64,000 bases of DNA from Planctomycetales bacterium (GTDB taxonomy: Bacteria; 4484-113), in the NCBI GenBank assembly GCA_030606285.1, contig JAUWGS010000005.1, positions 2,716 to 66,715 of the forward strand. Direction: 5' to 3'. The position numbers and the translations under genes were made by a program. The notes below the pieces were generated by a model. It made no database searches, was not told where the DNA came from, and saw only the letters and a program-made list of their open reading frames with translations. This document shows, in pieces, positions 1-8,180 of this stretch; the stretch's first letter is position 1, and the number at the start of each line of letters is the position of its first letter.

Positions 1-1
1 G

Positions 2-133
2 GAATTCTATTCAACGTATGATGATGGTTCGTATGGAGATGATTTCGTGGCGTTTATGGTTACAGGTATTCCGATAATTGTTTTAGTGTTTATTGGAGGA
101 TTAATTAGGTTTCGGTATCGCGTCAAGGAGTAG
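2..133 (+). CDS. 3' end of an upstream CDS (partial); C-terminal hydrophobic helix (FVAFMVTGIPIIVLVFIGGLI) then stop TAG at 131-133
   Basis: Open frame from window edge to TAG; low-GC composition like the next gene; membrane-helix-like translation. Confidence 0.35.
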   Translation, partial: EFYSTYDDGSYGDDFVAFMVTGIPIIVLVFIGGLIRFRYRVKE

Positions 134-136
134 GAG

Positions 137-622
137 GTGGTGGACAACATGGCAAATGCGACCACAATGGATAGAGTGAAGGCTACTAAGAGGAGAGTCG
201 CCGAAGAATTTCGTCGTCATGGTTTAGATACCTATGTGCACCTTGTCGATGCAAAGGGCAGAGTGGTCGTCAGAACTATCTTCAGAACTAAAGACGAGTT
301 CTGGGATATACAAGTAAAAAGTATGAAGGGATACGGGCGTGTAATTGGCCTAGATTACGAGGCAATAGCGTCTTCCAAGAGCTACATACTGGTCGTTAAC
401 TACAACTTCGATGACCGCAACGAGTACATGTACTTACTACAGCGACAGACATTGCTTCACGTAACTAAAGATAAAGATTGGGGCGACTTGTGGGTTAATA
501 AGCCTGAACGCCAATTCTATTACGAACAGAAGGGCCAAAACCTGGAGGACCTTGCACATCGAATGTCAATGCCGACTTTCATGCACTTCGTTGCGCATCC
601 ACCATTGTATAAAGGTGAGTAG
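137..622 (+). CDS. hypothetical protein (low-GC); probable true start ATG at 149 (MANATT...), with SD GGAGG about 11 nt upstream
   Basis: ORF track 161 aa; SD aaggagtaggagg upstream; GC clearly below window average; no family recognised. Confidence 0.5.
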   Translation: MVDNMANATTMDRVKATKRRVAEEFRRHGLDTYVHLVDAKGRVVVRTIFRTKDEFWDIQVKSMKGYGRVIGLDYEAIASSKSYILVVNYNFDDRNEYMYLLQRQTLLHVTKDKDWGDLWVNKPERQFYYEQKGQNLEDLAHRMSMPTFMHFVAHPPLYKGE

Positions 623-640
623 TATTTCTTATAAGGAGAG

Positions 641-1498
641 ATGAAACTCGCATTCACCAAAATGGAGGGCACGGGCAACGACTTCATCGTCGTTGACGAC
701 CGCGACGGGCGCTATGTTGGGCACGAAGCCGACCTCGCCACTAAGGTTTGCCCGCGTCGCACCGCCATCGGCGCCGACGGCATCATCTTCGTGCGCAACC
801 CGCCCGACGGCAGCGACTGCGTCGTCGAGATGGCCTATTACAACGCCGACGGCAGCTACTCCGGCATGTGCGGCAACGGCCTGCGCTGCACCGCGCTCTT
901 CGCCGCGAAATCCTTAGGCGTAACCGGCGAGGACATGCACGTCTTCGCTGACGGCGAGCCGCACCTGGCTTACATCAAGGCCTCCGACGAGAAAACAGCC
1001 GTCGTCGGCGTCGCTATGGGCGAACCGGTATTCGAAGTCGAGCGCGTTCCGGCCGACGTCGAAGGCCCGCGCCACATCGGCCGCCCGCTGCAACTCGCCG
1101 AAGATTTCGTCGCCGAATGCACGCTGCTTTCCCTGGGCAACCCGCATTGCGTGATGTGGGTGGACGAGCTTAGCGACGCGCTTTTAGAGCGCATCGGCCC
1201 GCAGGTGGAAACCTCGCCGCTGTTTCCCAAGCGCATCAACGCAGGCTTCGCGCTCAAGCGCGGCGACCAGATCGAGCTGCGGGTGTGGGAGCGCGGATGC
1301 GGCGAGACGATGGCGTGCGGCAGCGGCGCCTGCGCCGCGGCAATTAGCGCGATGCTCACCGGCCGCGCCGAGAAGGGACGCAACGTAGGCGTGCGCATGC
1401 TCGGCGGCACGCTATTTGTCCGCTGGGACGGCGAAGGCAACCCGGCCGTCCTCACCGGCCCCGCCAGCATAGTCTACGAAGGCACCATCGAAGTATGA
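641..1498 (+). CDS. dapF: diaminopimelate epimerase
   Basis: N-terminus MKLAFTKMEGTGNDFIVVDD; two active-site Cys motifs (GMCGNG, GNPHCV and CGSGACAAA) typical of DapF; SD ataaggagag before ATG. Confidence 0.9.
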   Translation: MKLAFTKMEGTGNDFIVVDDRDGRYVGHEADLATKVCPRRTAIGADGIIFVRNPPDGSDCVVEMAYYNADGSYSGMCGNGLRCTALFAAKSLGVTGEDMHVFADGEPHLAYIKASDEKTAVVGVAMGEPVFEVERVPADVEGPRHIGRPLQLAEDFVAECTLLSLGNPHCVMWVDELSDALLERIGPQVETSPLFPKRINAGFALKRGDQIELRVWERGCGETMACGSGACAAAISAMLTGRAEKGRNVGVRMLGGTLFVRWDGEGNPAVLTGPASIVYEGTIEV

Positions 1499-1516
1499 TG
1501 GGCTCTATTAAGTCGG

Positions 1517-1542
1517 AGTGGTGACCTCCAGGTCGCCACACC
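1517..1542. repeat. perfect palindrome agtggtgacctccaggtcgccacacc; identical copy at 2837-2862. Followed by a second hairpin cgcgcggcctggagaccgcgcg (1549-1570)
   Basis: Exact 26-nt duplicate seen at two intergenic sites; self-complementary. Confidence 0.7.
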
Positions 1543-1775
1543 TTCAATCGCGCGGCCTGGAGACCGCGCGTCCATCCTTATGGGGGGCTGGTGAGCCGTT
1601 CGGCTGAACTCAGGCTGAAGCCCGGCGTACTCAGTGGGGATTCAACAATGGCAAAAGCGACCGCTCCACCTACCCTCGCGGGAGAGCCCATTGGGCTCTT
1701 ATCAGCGAAGCGGAACCTTTCATTAATATTATACCATCGCCAAGCGGATAGCGTGCTGCTAAACTAGAATAGATA

Positions 1776-2675
1776 ATGCCCAAACCCAACGAACATATCG
1801 CGGTGCTGAAAGGAACTCCTGAGCCGCTGCTGCTCATGGACGCGACGGGATTAGTCTACCGCGCGTATTACTCCATCCGCGAGCTCAGCAGCCCTGCGGG
1901 TATACCCGTCAACGCCGTCTTCGGCGTGTTTAAGATGATCCTCAAAGTCATCGAGGACGTGAAGCCGAAGGGCTGCGCCGCGTTCTTCGACACCGCGCGC
2001 AGAACTTTTCGCACCGAGCAGTACGCCGATTACAAGGCCAACCGCCCGCCGCCGCCGGACACGCTCATCCCGCAGATTCCCATCGTCATCGAGGGGATGG
2101 AAGCCTGCGGCTGTCCCGTGCTGCTGGAGCCGGGCTACGAGGCCGACGACCTCATCGCAAGCTTCGTCGCGCAGCACCCCGACGACTTCAAGCTCGTCCT
2201 CTCCGGCGACCGCGACATGCTGCAGCTGATTGACGACAAGACCTGGGTGCTGGTGCAGACGCGGGGCGTCAGCGAGCTGAAGGTCTACACGCCCGATGTC
2301 TTCTGCGCCGAATACGGCTTCGGGCCGAAAAACTTCGTGGACTACAAGGCGCTGCGGGGCGACCCGTCGGACAACATCCCCGGTGTCAAGGGCGTGGGCG
2401 AAAAAACCGCCAAGAAGCTGGTTGCGCAGTTCGGCTCGCTGGAGGGCATCTACGAGAGTCTCGCCGAAGTCAAGCCGGAACGCATCCGCAAGGCGCTGGA
2501 AAACGCGCGCGAGGAGGTCTTCCAGTTCCGCGAACTCGTGACGTTGAAGCGCGACTGCGAGCTGCCCGCCGGGCACGCCGACGCGCGCACGCCCCAGTTC
2601 ACCGCCGCCGACTTCCTCGCCTACCTCGAAAAATACGGCCTCCGCGCGATCAAGAAACAGCTCGCGGGGGAATAG
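1776..2675 (+). CDS. stand-alone 5'-3' exonuclease (Pol I N-terminal / FEN-like, with HhH2 motif)
   Basis: LLLMDATGLVYRAYYS, acidic metal-site residues, GDPSDNIPGVKGVGEKTAKKLV helix-hairpin-helix; 299 aa with no polymerase domain. Confidence 0.85.
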   Translation: MPKPNEHIAVLKGTPEPLLLMDATGLVYRAYYSIRELSSPAGIPVNAVFGVFKMILKVIEDVKPKGCAAFFDTARRTFRTEQYADYKANRPPPPDTLIPQIPIVIEGMEACGCPVLLEPGYEADDLIASFVAQHPDDFKLVLSGDRDMLQLIDDKTWVLVQTRGVSELKVYTPDVFCAEYGFGPKNFVDYKALRGDPSDNIPGVKGVGEKTAKKLVAQFGSLEGIYESLAEVKPERIRKALENAREEVFQFRELVTLKRDCELPAGHADARTPQFTAADFLAYLEKYGLRAIKKQLAGE

Positions 2676-2703
2676 AATCACCTGTGGGTAGGGCGGGCTT
2701 TAG

Positions 2704-2836
2704 CCCGGCTCTTTTCTCTTGCTGGCGACTGATAGCTGATAGCTGGCCACTGACCGCCAGCCCGGCTCTTCGTCTTGCTGACGACTGATAGCTGACAACT
2801 GGCAGCTGATTACCAGCCCGGCTCTTCTGTTGCCCG
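2704..2836. repeat. tandem direct repeat, about 2.3 copies of a 56-57 bp unit (cccggctctt..tcttgctg.cgactgatagctga.a.ctgg..ctga..accag)
   Basis: Units at 2704-2760, 2761-2816 and partial 2817-2836 are near-identical. Confidence 0.75.
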
Positions 2837-3210
2837 GAGTGGTGACCTCCAGGTCGCCACACCTAGAGTCGTGACTTTCCAGTCGCGAACGGGTTATTGA
2901 AGAATCGGGGTTGGAAAACCCCGACTCTAGAAATGAATATTCGGTAGTCCAGCCCTTTAGGGCTGGCTCTTTAGACCTGAAGACCAGGGCTAAAGCCCTG
3001 GACTACCACGACTTGGCGTGCCCCGCCTGAAATACATTTCTGCGTTGTAGGGCGGGGTCTCCGCGCCCCGCCTTGGTGGCACCGGCGTCTCGCCGGTGGA
3101 TTGGGGGGGAATCACGGGCGGGACGCCCGTGCCACCAGAATAGTCCTCTTGTAGGAACTTGCCCGCAACCCCAATGAGTACGCCGGGCTCACTAGCCCGG
3201 CTCTCAGAAC
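2837..3210. repeat. cluster of REP/BIME-like hairpin palindromes: ggtgacc..ggtcgccac, gtcgtgactttccagtcgcga, cggggttggaaaaccccgac, gtagtccagccctttagggctgg / ggctaaagccctggactacc, gtagggcggggtctccgcgccccgcc, ggcaccggcgtctcgccggtg, gtacgccgggctcactagcccggc
   Basis: Each unit is self-complementary and recurs elsewhere in the window (8336-8400, 14765-14915, 15515-15545, 11515-11550, etc.). Confidence 0.65.
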
Positions 3211-3265
3211 AAGCGGAGCTAACTAGCCTAGCAGCTTCAGCGGCTCTAGTCAGAGCCACGTGCTC

Positions 3266-3335
3266 AAATGCTACAATACCCGTAGCCTGCTGGGGGCCGG
3301 GCAGCGAAGCTCCCCAGCCATAAGGGGGAAGTATC
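3266..3335 (+). promoter_or_regulatory. extended -10 promoter TGCTACAAT (3269-3277) plus conserved structured 5' leader (GTAGCCTGCTGGGGGCCGGGCAGCGAAGCTCCCCAGC) shared with two paralogous lipoprotein genes
   Basis: Near-identical about 45-nt element upstream of the genes at 24542 (minus) and 31962; GCTGGGG...CCCCAGC can pair. Confidence 0.55.
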
Positions 3336-4520
3336 ATGAGAAAAAGAACATTCCTTCGGCACACTATCCTCGCGTTCGCTATTCTCATGTTCGCACTCGT
3401 GCTGACCACATGCAACAACGGCGATTCCAACACTGAGAGTGGCTACGAATCCCCCAGCGGTCCTGAATGGCACATCATGGTTGTTGACAGCACAGGTGAC
3501 GTGGGCTTGGACACCTCCCTGGCAGTAGTCAATGGCAATCCCGCCATCAGCTACTACGACAGTGTCAACAGCGACCTCAAGTATGTGCGGGCGAGTGATG
3601 CCAGCGGCGGAAGCTGGGGCGCGCCGGTAACCGTGGATAGCACGGGAGATGTGGGCTGGCACACCTCCCTGGCGGTGGTAAACGGCAACCCGGCGATATC
3701 CTACCACGACGTGGGCAATGACTACCTGAAGTACGTCCGGGCAACTGACGCCAGCGGAGCCGATTGGAGCTCACCTGTTACCGTTGACGGTGGCTGCCAG
3801 CAGTGTGGCGCAGGTAGCGTGCGTTCTTACACCTCCCTTCTGGTGGTAAACGGCAACCCGGCGATATCCTACTTCGACGGCACCTACTATAACTACGACC
3901 TGAAGTACGTGCGCGCGAGTGATGCCAGCGGAAGCGCCTGGGGTACTCCCGTTACCGTTGACCGCGCAAATGCCTTGGGCAGTTTTGCCTCCCTGGTAGT
4001 GGTAAACGGCAATCCGGCGATATCACACGTTAGCTGCTACGACCTGAAGTACGTGCGGGCGTTCAATGCAAGTGGAAGCGCCTGGGGGGACCCGGTAACT
4101 GTAGACAGCGATGGACATGCAGGTGAGTATAGCTCGCTCGCGGTTGTCAACGGCAGGCCTGCGATATCCTACTTCGACGAGGCTAACCGCGACCTGAAGT
4201 ACGTCCGGGCGACTGACGCCAGCGGAGCCGCTTGGAGTTCACCTGTTACCATTGACAGTGCAGGTAGCGTGGGTTTTAACAGCTCCCTTGTGGTGGTAAA
4301 CGGCAACCCGGCGATTTCCTACTTCAAAGCCGGCGGCGACCTGAAGTACGTGCGGGCGAGTGATGCTGGCGGAAGCGCCTGGGAAATCCCCGTTACGCTT
4401 GATACTAGCGTAGGTATCATAGGCCTGTACGCCCACTCTCTTGCGGTGGTAAACGGCAGGCCTGCGATATCCTACTGCGACGTTACCAACTTCGACCTGA
4501 AGTACGCCATCTATTATTGA
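3336..4520 (+). CDS. lipoprotein (lipobox LTTC) made of about 7 tandem ~48-aa repeats (LAVVNGNPAISY..D...DLKYVRA.DASG..W..PVTVD), probably a 7-bladed beta-propeller; ends KYAIYY
   Basis: Signal peptide + lipobox; repeats read directly from translation; same repeat in C-terminus of the 21744-24542 protein. Confidence 0.85.
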   Translation: MRKRTFLRHTILAFAILMFALVLTTCNNGDSNTESGYESPSGPEWHIMVVDSTGDVGLDTSLAVVNGNPAISYYDSVNSDLKYVRASDASGGSWGAPVTVDSTGDVGWHTSLAVVNGNPAISYHDVGNDYLKYVRATDASGADWSSPVTVDGGCQQCGAGSVRSYTSLLVVNGNPAISYFDGTYYNYDLKYVRASDASGSAWGTPVTVDRANALGSFASLVVVNGNPAISHVSCYDLKYVRAFNASGSAWGDPVTVDSDGHAGEYSSLAVVNGRPAISYFDEANRDLKYVRATDASGAAWSSPVTIDSAGSVGFNSSLVVVNGNPAISYFKAGGDLKYVRASDAGGSAWEIPVTLDTSVGIIGLYAHSLAVVNGRPAISYCDVTNFDLKYAIYY

Positions 4521-4612
4521 GGGAAAGGGGAAGTAGCGGGCGCGGGTATAGACGATCGAGAAGCACCCGATAAAGCCCTGGCAGCACTAGCGGTTGTCGT
4601 ACTCGACAAGTA

Positions 4613-5827
4613 TTAGGGCAATATCTTGTCGCAAAGCTCGCCATACTTCTCTGTTGGCACATCGAAGAAATGGAATTGCTCCCATAGCGGGTTCATAAGA
4701 GTGGCTATCAGCTCCTTCACGCTCGTCGGCAACGCGTTGACGTCAATAGAAATACTGTTGCGCCACTCTGGTGTCCTTGAAATCCTGTTTGACTCGATGC
4801 GAGGCCCGCACCAGTCGCGCCAGATAGTCCTGCTTTCTAGTTTGTCAAAACGTACATGGAACAAGACCTCCTTGTGGTTACCAGGAAAGGCCTGCGCGAA
4901 GTTGAGACTGTGTATTAGCCCTTCTGCTATGTCTCCACTATAATGGTAAGGATTGATTAGCGGCACGTTTCCAGGGAGATACTCATCAGCTCTAGGAGAT
5001 ATATCCTCAGTGTAAGCTCTAGTTGCATAGAATCCACCTTTGAACGATGCTATCCAGAAATCGACGCTAGGACGATATTCTGATGTAGCAATGAAGGCCT
5101 CGAAGTATTTGTCCCTTGGATATGGCTGAAACTCGTTCAATGTGCAAACTCCTATTGGCCAAGGAGACTTCATGACCTGTGCTTTCATGCACACTTCCCT
5201 GAGATCTAGGAGAGGAATCTGCTTAGGGGTAGGCAACAATGCATAGGCGATAGTCCACCGGCCAAAAGATGCCTTCAACATGTCGCGTTCCTGCTCATGG
5301 TTACTTCGCAGACCGCTGAAGCGCTTGTCTCCTTCATTGACTAGCTGGTCGATTATTGCGGTATCGCTGGATGAGTCGGTTTTGGACGTGTGACGTTTGG
5401 TGGGTGGCTCGCCAAGAGGTGGTTTCTCAGATATACCATGGCAGGTGCGAACTAGACTGGAAAGTCCGGGCTCGTAGTCATCCAAAGGCTCCGCCTTGAT
5501 GCCCGCCAGTGTCGGCGGGAGCTGTTCCGGAGAAATACCCAGTAACACCGGAATGAGCCTGCACGAACCTTGGATTCTCTTGACCATACCAGCATCGAGT
5601 TCTGTCTGCACCCACGCGCTCTCAAAGCTGTTCTCAGAGACGATCGCGAGGAAGTAATCACAATCCTCAATGCCCTGGTCAATCTTGCATCGCAGGCTGT
5701 CGCCAAGGAGAATTTCCCAGTCGTCATACCACGCTTCCACGCCATTTTTCCTTAGGTCTATGGCTAATCGTTTGACGACCGACTTGTCCTTTGATGAATG
5801 GCAGATGAAAGCTTTTGGGGCACTCAT
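4613..5827 (-). CDS. TIR-domain protein (N-terminal TIR_2-like domain about 140 aa, with conserved Glu in SAWVQTELD) plus about 260-aa C-terminal domain of unknown function
   Basis: AFICHSSKDKSVVKRLAIDLRKNGVEAWYDDWEILLGDSL...CDYFLAIVSENSFESAWVQTELD matches bacterial TIR signature; gene is in a low-GC islet. Confidence 0.8.
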   Translation of the reverse strand: MSAPKAFICHSSKDKSVVKRLAIDLRKNGVEAWYDDWEILLGDSLRCKIDQGIEDCDYFLAIVSENSFESAWVQTELDAGMVKRIQGSCRLIPVLLGISPEQLPPTLAGIKAEPLDDYEPGLSSLVRTCHGISEKPPLGEPPTKRHTSKTDSSSDTAIIDQLVNEGDKRFSGLRSNHEQERDMLKASFGRWTIAYALLPTPKQIPLLDLREVCMKAQVMKSPWPIGVCTLNEFQPYPRDKYFEAFIATSEYRPSVDFWIASFKGGFYATRAYTEDISPRADEYLPGNVPLINPYHYSGDIAEGLIHSLNFAQAFPGNHKEVLFHVRFDKLESRTIWRDWCGPRIESNRISRTPEWRNSISIDVNALPTSVKELIATLMNPLWEQFHFFDVPTEKYGELCDKILP

Positions 5828-5865
5828 AGCTCCTCCGTTTCACTTATTATAGCAGCCACCCCAAC

Positions 5866-6525
5866 TTGCAGCCCCGCCCCATACAGGCGATAATCGCAGC
5901 GGTGGAGTATTACTGGCTGCTGATTTTGGGGGCGTTCATCGCGGGGGCGGTGCCGTTTGGCTACATCGTCGCGCGCGTATTCTTCCGCGCTGACATTCGC
6001 GAGCTCGGCTCCCGCAACATCGGGATGGCCAACGTCTGGCGCAACTTCGGCGCCGATGCCGGCATCGCCACGCTTATTCTGGACGCGGCGAAAGGTTTCG
6101 CGCCGGTGTTTATCGCGCGATACGTGCTCAATGTTCCCTTCTACGCCGAGAGCACGCAAACCGCGCTAATGCTCAGCGGCATCGCGCTTGCGGCGATACT
6201 CGGCCACACGTTCACGCCGTTTTTAAACTTTCGCGGCGGCAAGGGCATCGCCACCGGCCTGGGCGTGCTGATTGCGCTGTTGGGCGCATACGTGCTCATT
6301 CCGCTTGGCGTATTCGTTATCGTTTTCGCGCTGTTCCGCATCGTCTCGCTCGGCTCGCTCACTGCGTCAGTCGGGCTGCTCGTCGCCACCGCGCTGCTGC
6401 CCGCAATCTCCGCATACCTCTATCTCGCAATCGCGGCGGCGGTGCTCATATTCTTCACCCACCGGCAAAACATCGCGCGCCTGGTGAAGGGAACCGAGCC
6501 GCGCCTTACGCTCACGCGCCGTTAA
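5866..6525 (+). CDS. plsY: glycerol-3-phosphate acyltransferase PlsY; true start probably GTG near 5902
   Basis: GAFIAGAVPFGYIVARVFFRADIRELGSRNIGMANVWR corresponds to the PlsY GSGNxGATN motif; polytopic membrane protein. Confidence 0.85.
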   Translation: MQPRPIQAIIAAVEYYWLLILGAFIAGAVPFGYIVARVFFRADIRELGSRNIGMANVWRNFGADAGIATLILDAAKGFAPVFIARYVLNVPFYAESTQTALMLSGIALAAILGHTFTPFLNFRGGKGIATGLGVLIALLGAYVLIPLGVFVIVFALFRIVSLGSLTASVGLLVATALLPAISAYLYLAIAAAVLIFFTHRQNIARLVKGTEPRLTLTRR

Positions 6526-6675
6526 ACACTAAAGCCACCCCCCGCCGGAAGGTGGCTCAGCTTGATAGCGTCGAGGTCGCAGTTCCCTGCGCGGTCGCCT
6601 GTTGAAGATGATTATACCGCCTGAAGGTTTCAGTTCCAATAGCGGCGCGCGCGCATTGGCGGCGCACAGCGCAAC

Positions 6676-6903
6676 CTATAAATCCTCCGCCAGCTTGAGG
6701 TATATCTTCTCTTTTAGGTCCGGAGGCACCGGCTCGCAGTCGTACAGGCAGTTCAGCCCGGACATCAGTATCTCCACCGCCTCCAGCTCCACTTTGCACT
6801 CGGCGCATTCGGCTAAGTGCTCGTGCAGCTCTACGAGCTCGACAATGGTCAGCTCCCCGAAAAGGAACTGGAGAATTTTAATCCTGACTTCCAGGCAGTT
6901 CAT
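6676..6903 (-). CDS. zinc-finger (HxxxCxxC) anti-sigma factor, small, cotranscribed with the ECF sigma
   Basis: HEHLAECAECK motif; 26-nt overlap with the upstream sigma gene. Confidence 0.6.
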   Translation of the reverse strand: MNCLEVRIKILQFLFGELTIVELVELHEHLAECAECKVELEAVEILMSGLNCLYDCEPVPPDLKEKIYLKLAEDL

Positions 6904-7519
6904 CTGCGGTTATCCCTTCTTCGTCCATCCACCGGCGCAGTTTTTGCAGCGCATAGCGCATCCGCGACAGCACGGTGGACAGCGGTCGGTCCATGACCTG
7001 CGCGATCTCCTCAAACGTCAGCTCGTTGTATACCTTCAGCAGCACGACCATCTTCTGCTCCGGCGGCAGCCGGTCGATGAGCACGCGCAGGTTCTTGCGC
7101 GTCAGCCTCTCCGAAGTAATCTCCTCCGGGCCCTCGTCATCGGACGGCAAAAGTTCTGCGCGCTCGCGCGCGTCCTCACCATCTAATACCGGCTCGTTGA
7201 GCGAAAAAGCCTGATGTGCCGCAGTCTTCTGGTAAAAGCGCCGGACTTCGTTCACCGCAATTTTATAGAGGTACGACGAAAGCTTGCGCTCCGGGTCGAA
7301 GTTCTTTAGCGATTTGAACAGCCGCAGGAAGACGTCCTGGGTCAGGTCTTCGGAGGACTGCTGGTCGCGCACCTGCTTTTTGATGAAGTTGTAGATGCGC
7401 ATGTGGTAGCGCTCGTAGAGCTGGTCGAACGCGCTCTGCTCGCCCTGCGCGGCAAGCTCCATCAGCTCCTCGTCGGATGCCGCCGGGCGCGGTACGTGCT
7501 GTTCTTTCACCGTTGCCAT
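6878..7519 (-). CDS. RNA polymerase ECF-type sigma-70 factor
   Basis: Region 2 (FDQLYERYHMRIYNFI, DLTQDVFLRLFK) and region 4 HTH (LTFEEIAQVMDRPLSTVLSRMRYALQKLR). Confidence 0.85.
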   Translation of the reverse strand: MATVKEQHVPRPAASDEELMELAAQGEQSAFDQLYERYHMRIYNFIKKQVRDQQSSEDLTQDVFLRLFKSLKNFDPERKLSSYLYKIAVNEVRRFYQKTAAHQAFSLNEPVLDGEDARERAELLPSDDEGPEEITSERLTRKNLRVLIDRLPPEQKMVVLLKVYNELTFEEIAQVMDRPLSTVLSRMRYALQKLRRWMDEEGITADELPGSQD

Positions 7520-7725
7520 CGCGCTAATTCACAATTCCACACCGGATGCCACACATGCGGCATTTGACATACACCCGAGCGCAAGGAGAATTCCGGCGGC
7601 AGCCATTATCACAGTCCATCTCACACACGTTTCCCTTGCTCGATTCTACCGTGCGCACATTCCTGTGTAAAGCGGCGCTCTGCGCGCTCTGTGGGGAAAT
7701 GTTATACTTTTAGTAATTCCGCTGT

Positions 7726-8148
7726 GTGCAAAAGCATGGAGGTGAGGCGCAAGTGCCAAAGCGGATGAATGGGCGTGGAGGTTTCACGCTCATCGAGCTT
7801 ATGATTGTCGTGGCCATCATTGGTATGATTGCGACTATCGCGTTGCCCATCCTGATACCGACACGTGACACAGCCCGTGATGCCAAGGCCAGGGCTAATC
7901 TGCGTGCACTGTGTTCGGCTCAGGGGGCCTATATCGCCGTGCACAAGGAGTACGGCTCCTGGGCCGAGCTGGTAGCCGACAAAATTCTCGATGAATCGTG
8001 GATCGGCGAAAAGCTCACCGGCGATGACGGCGTCGTCTATACCGAGACCCAGGAGGGCACCGTGGATGAGTTCGAAGGCCAGGCCGCGGTAGAAAACGGC
8101 AACACCTACATCATCGACGAATCCGGCGCCATCCAGCAAACGGGCTGA
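7726..8148 (+). CDS. prepilin-type N-terminal cleavage/methylation domain protein (pilin/pseudopilin-like); likely real start GTG 7753 or ATG 7765, giving leader ...RGG/FTLIELM
   Basis: GFTLIELMIVVAIIGMIATIALP class III signal; SD ggaggtgagg at 7738-7747. Confidence 0.75.
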   Translation: MQKHGGEAQVPKRMNGRGGFTLIELMIVVAIIGMIATIALPILIPTRDTARDAKARANLRALCSAQGAYIAVHKEYGSWAELVADKILDESWIGEKLTGDDGVVYTETQEGTVDEFEGQAAVENGNTYIIDESGAIQQTG

Positions 8149-8180
8149 TCGCGAGCGCGGTTCTCCCGCGCTGCTCTTCC

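Noticed and set aside
693-1470. ORFs 693-917, 748-951, 914-1147 (-) and 970-1470 (-) inside dapF
   Set aside because: Alternate-frame or antisense ORFs typical of high-GC DNA. Their translations are Ala/Arg/Pro-rich with no domain, and dapF explains the locus.
1851-2681. 276-aa antisense ORF across the 5'-3' exonuclease gene
   Set aside because: High-GC antisense artefact. The sense frame has clear FEN/HhH motifs.
7520-7725. Integrase/att site search around the tRNA-Arg islet
   Set aside because: No tyrosine/serine recombinase ORF, and no direct repeat of the tRNA 3' end was found by eye.
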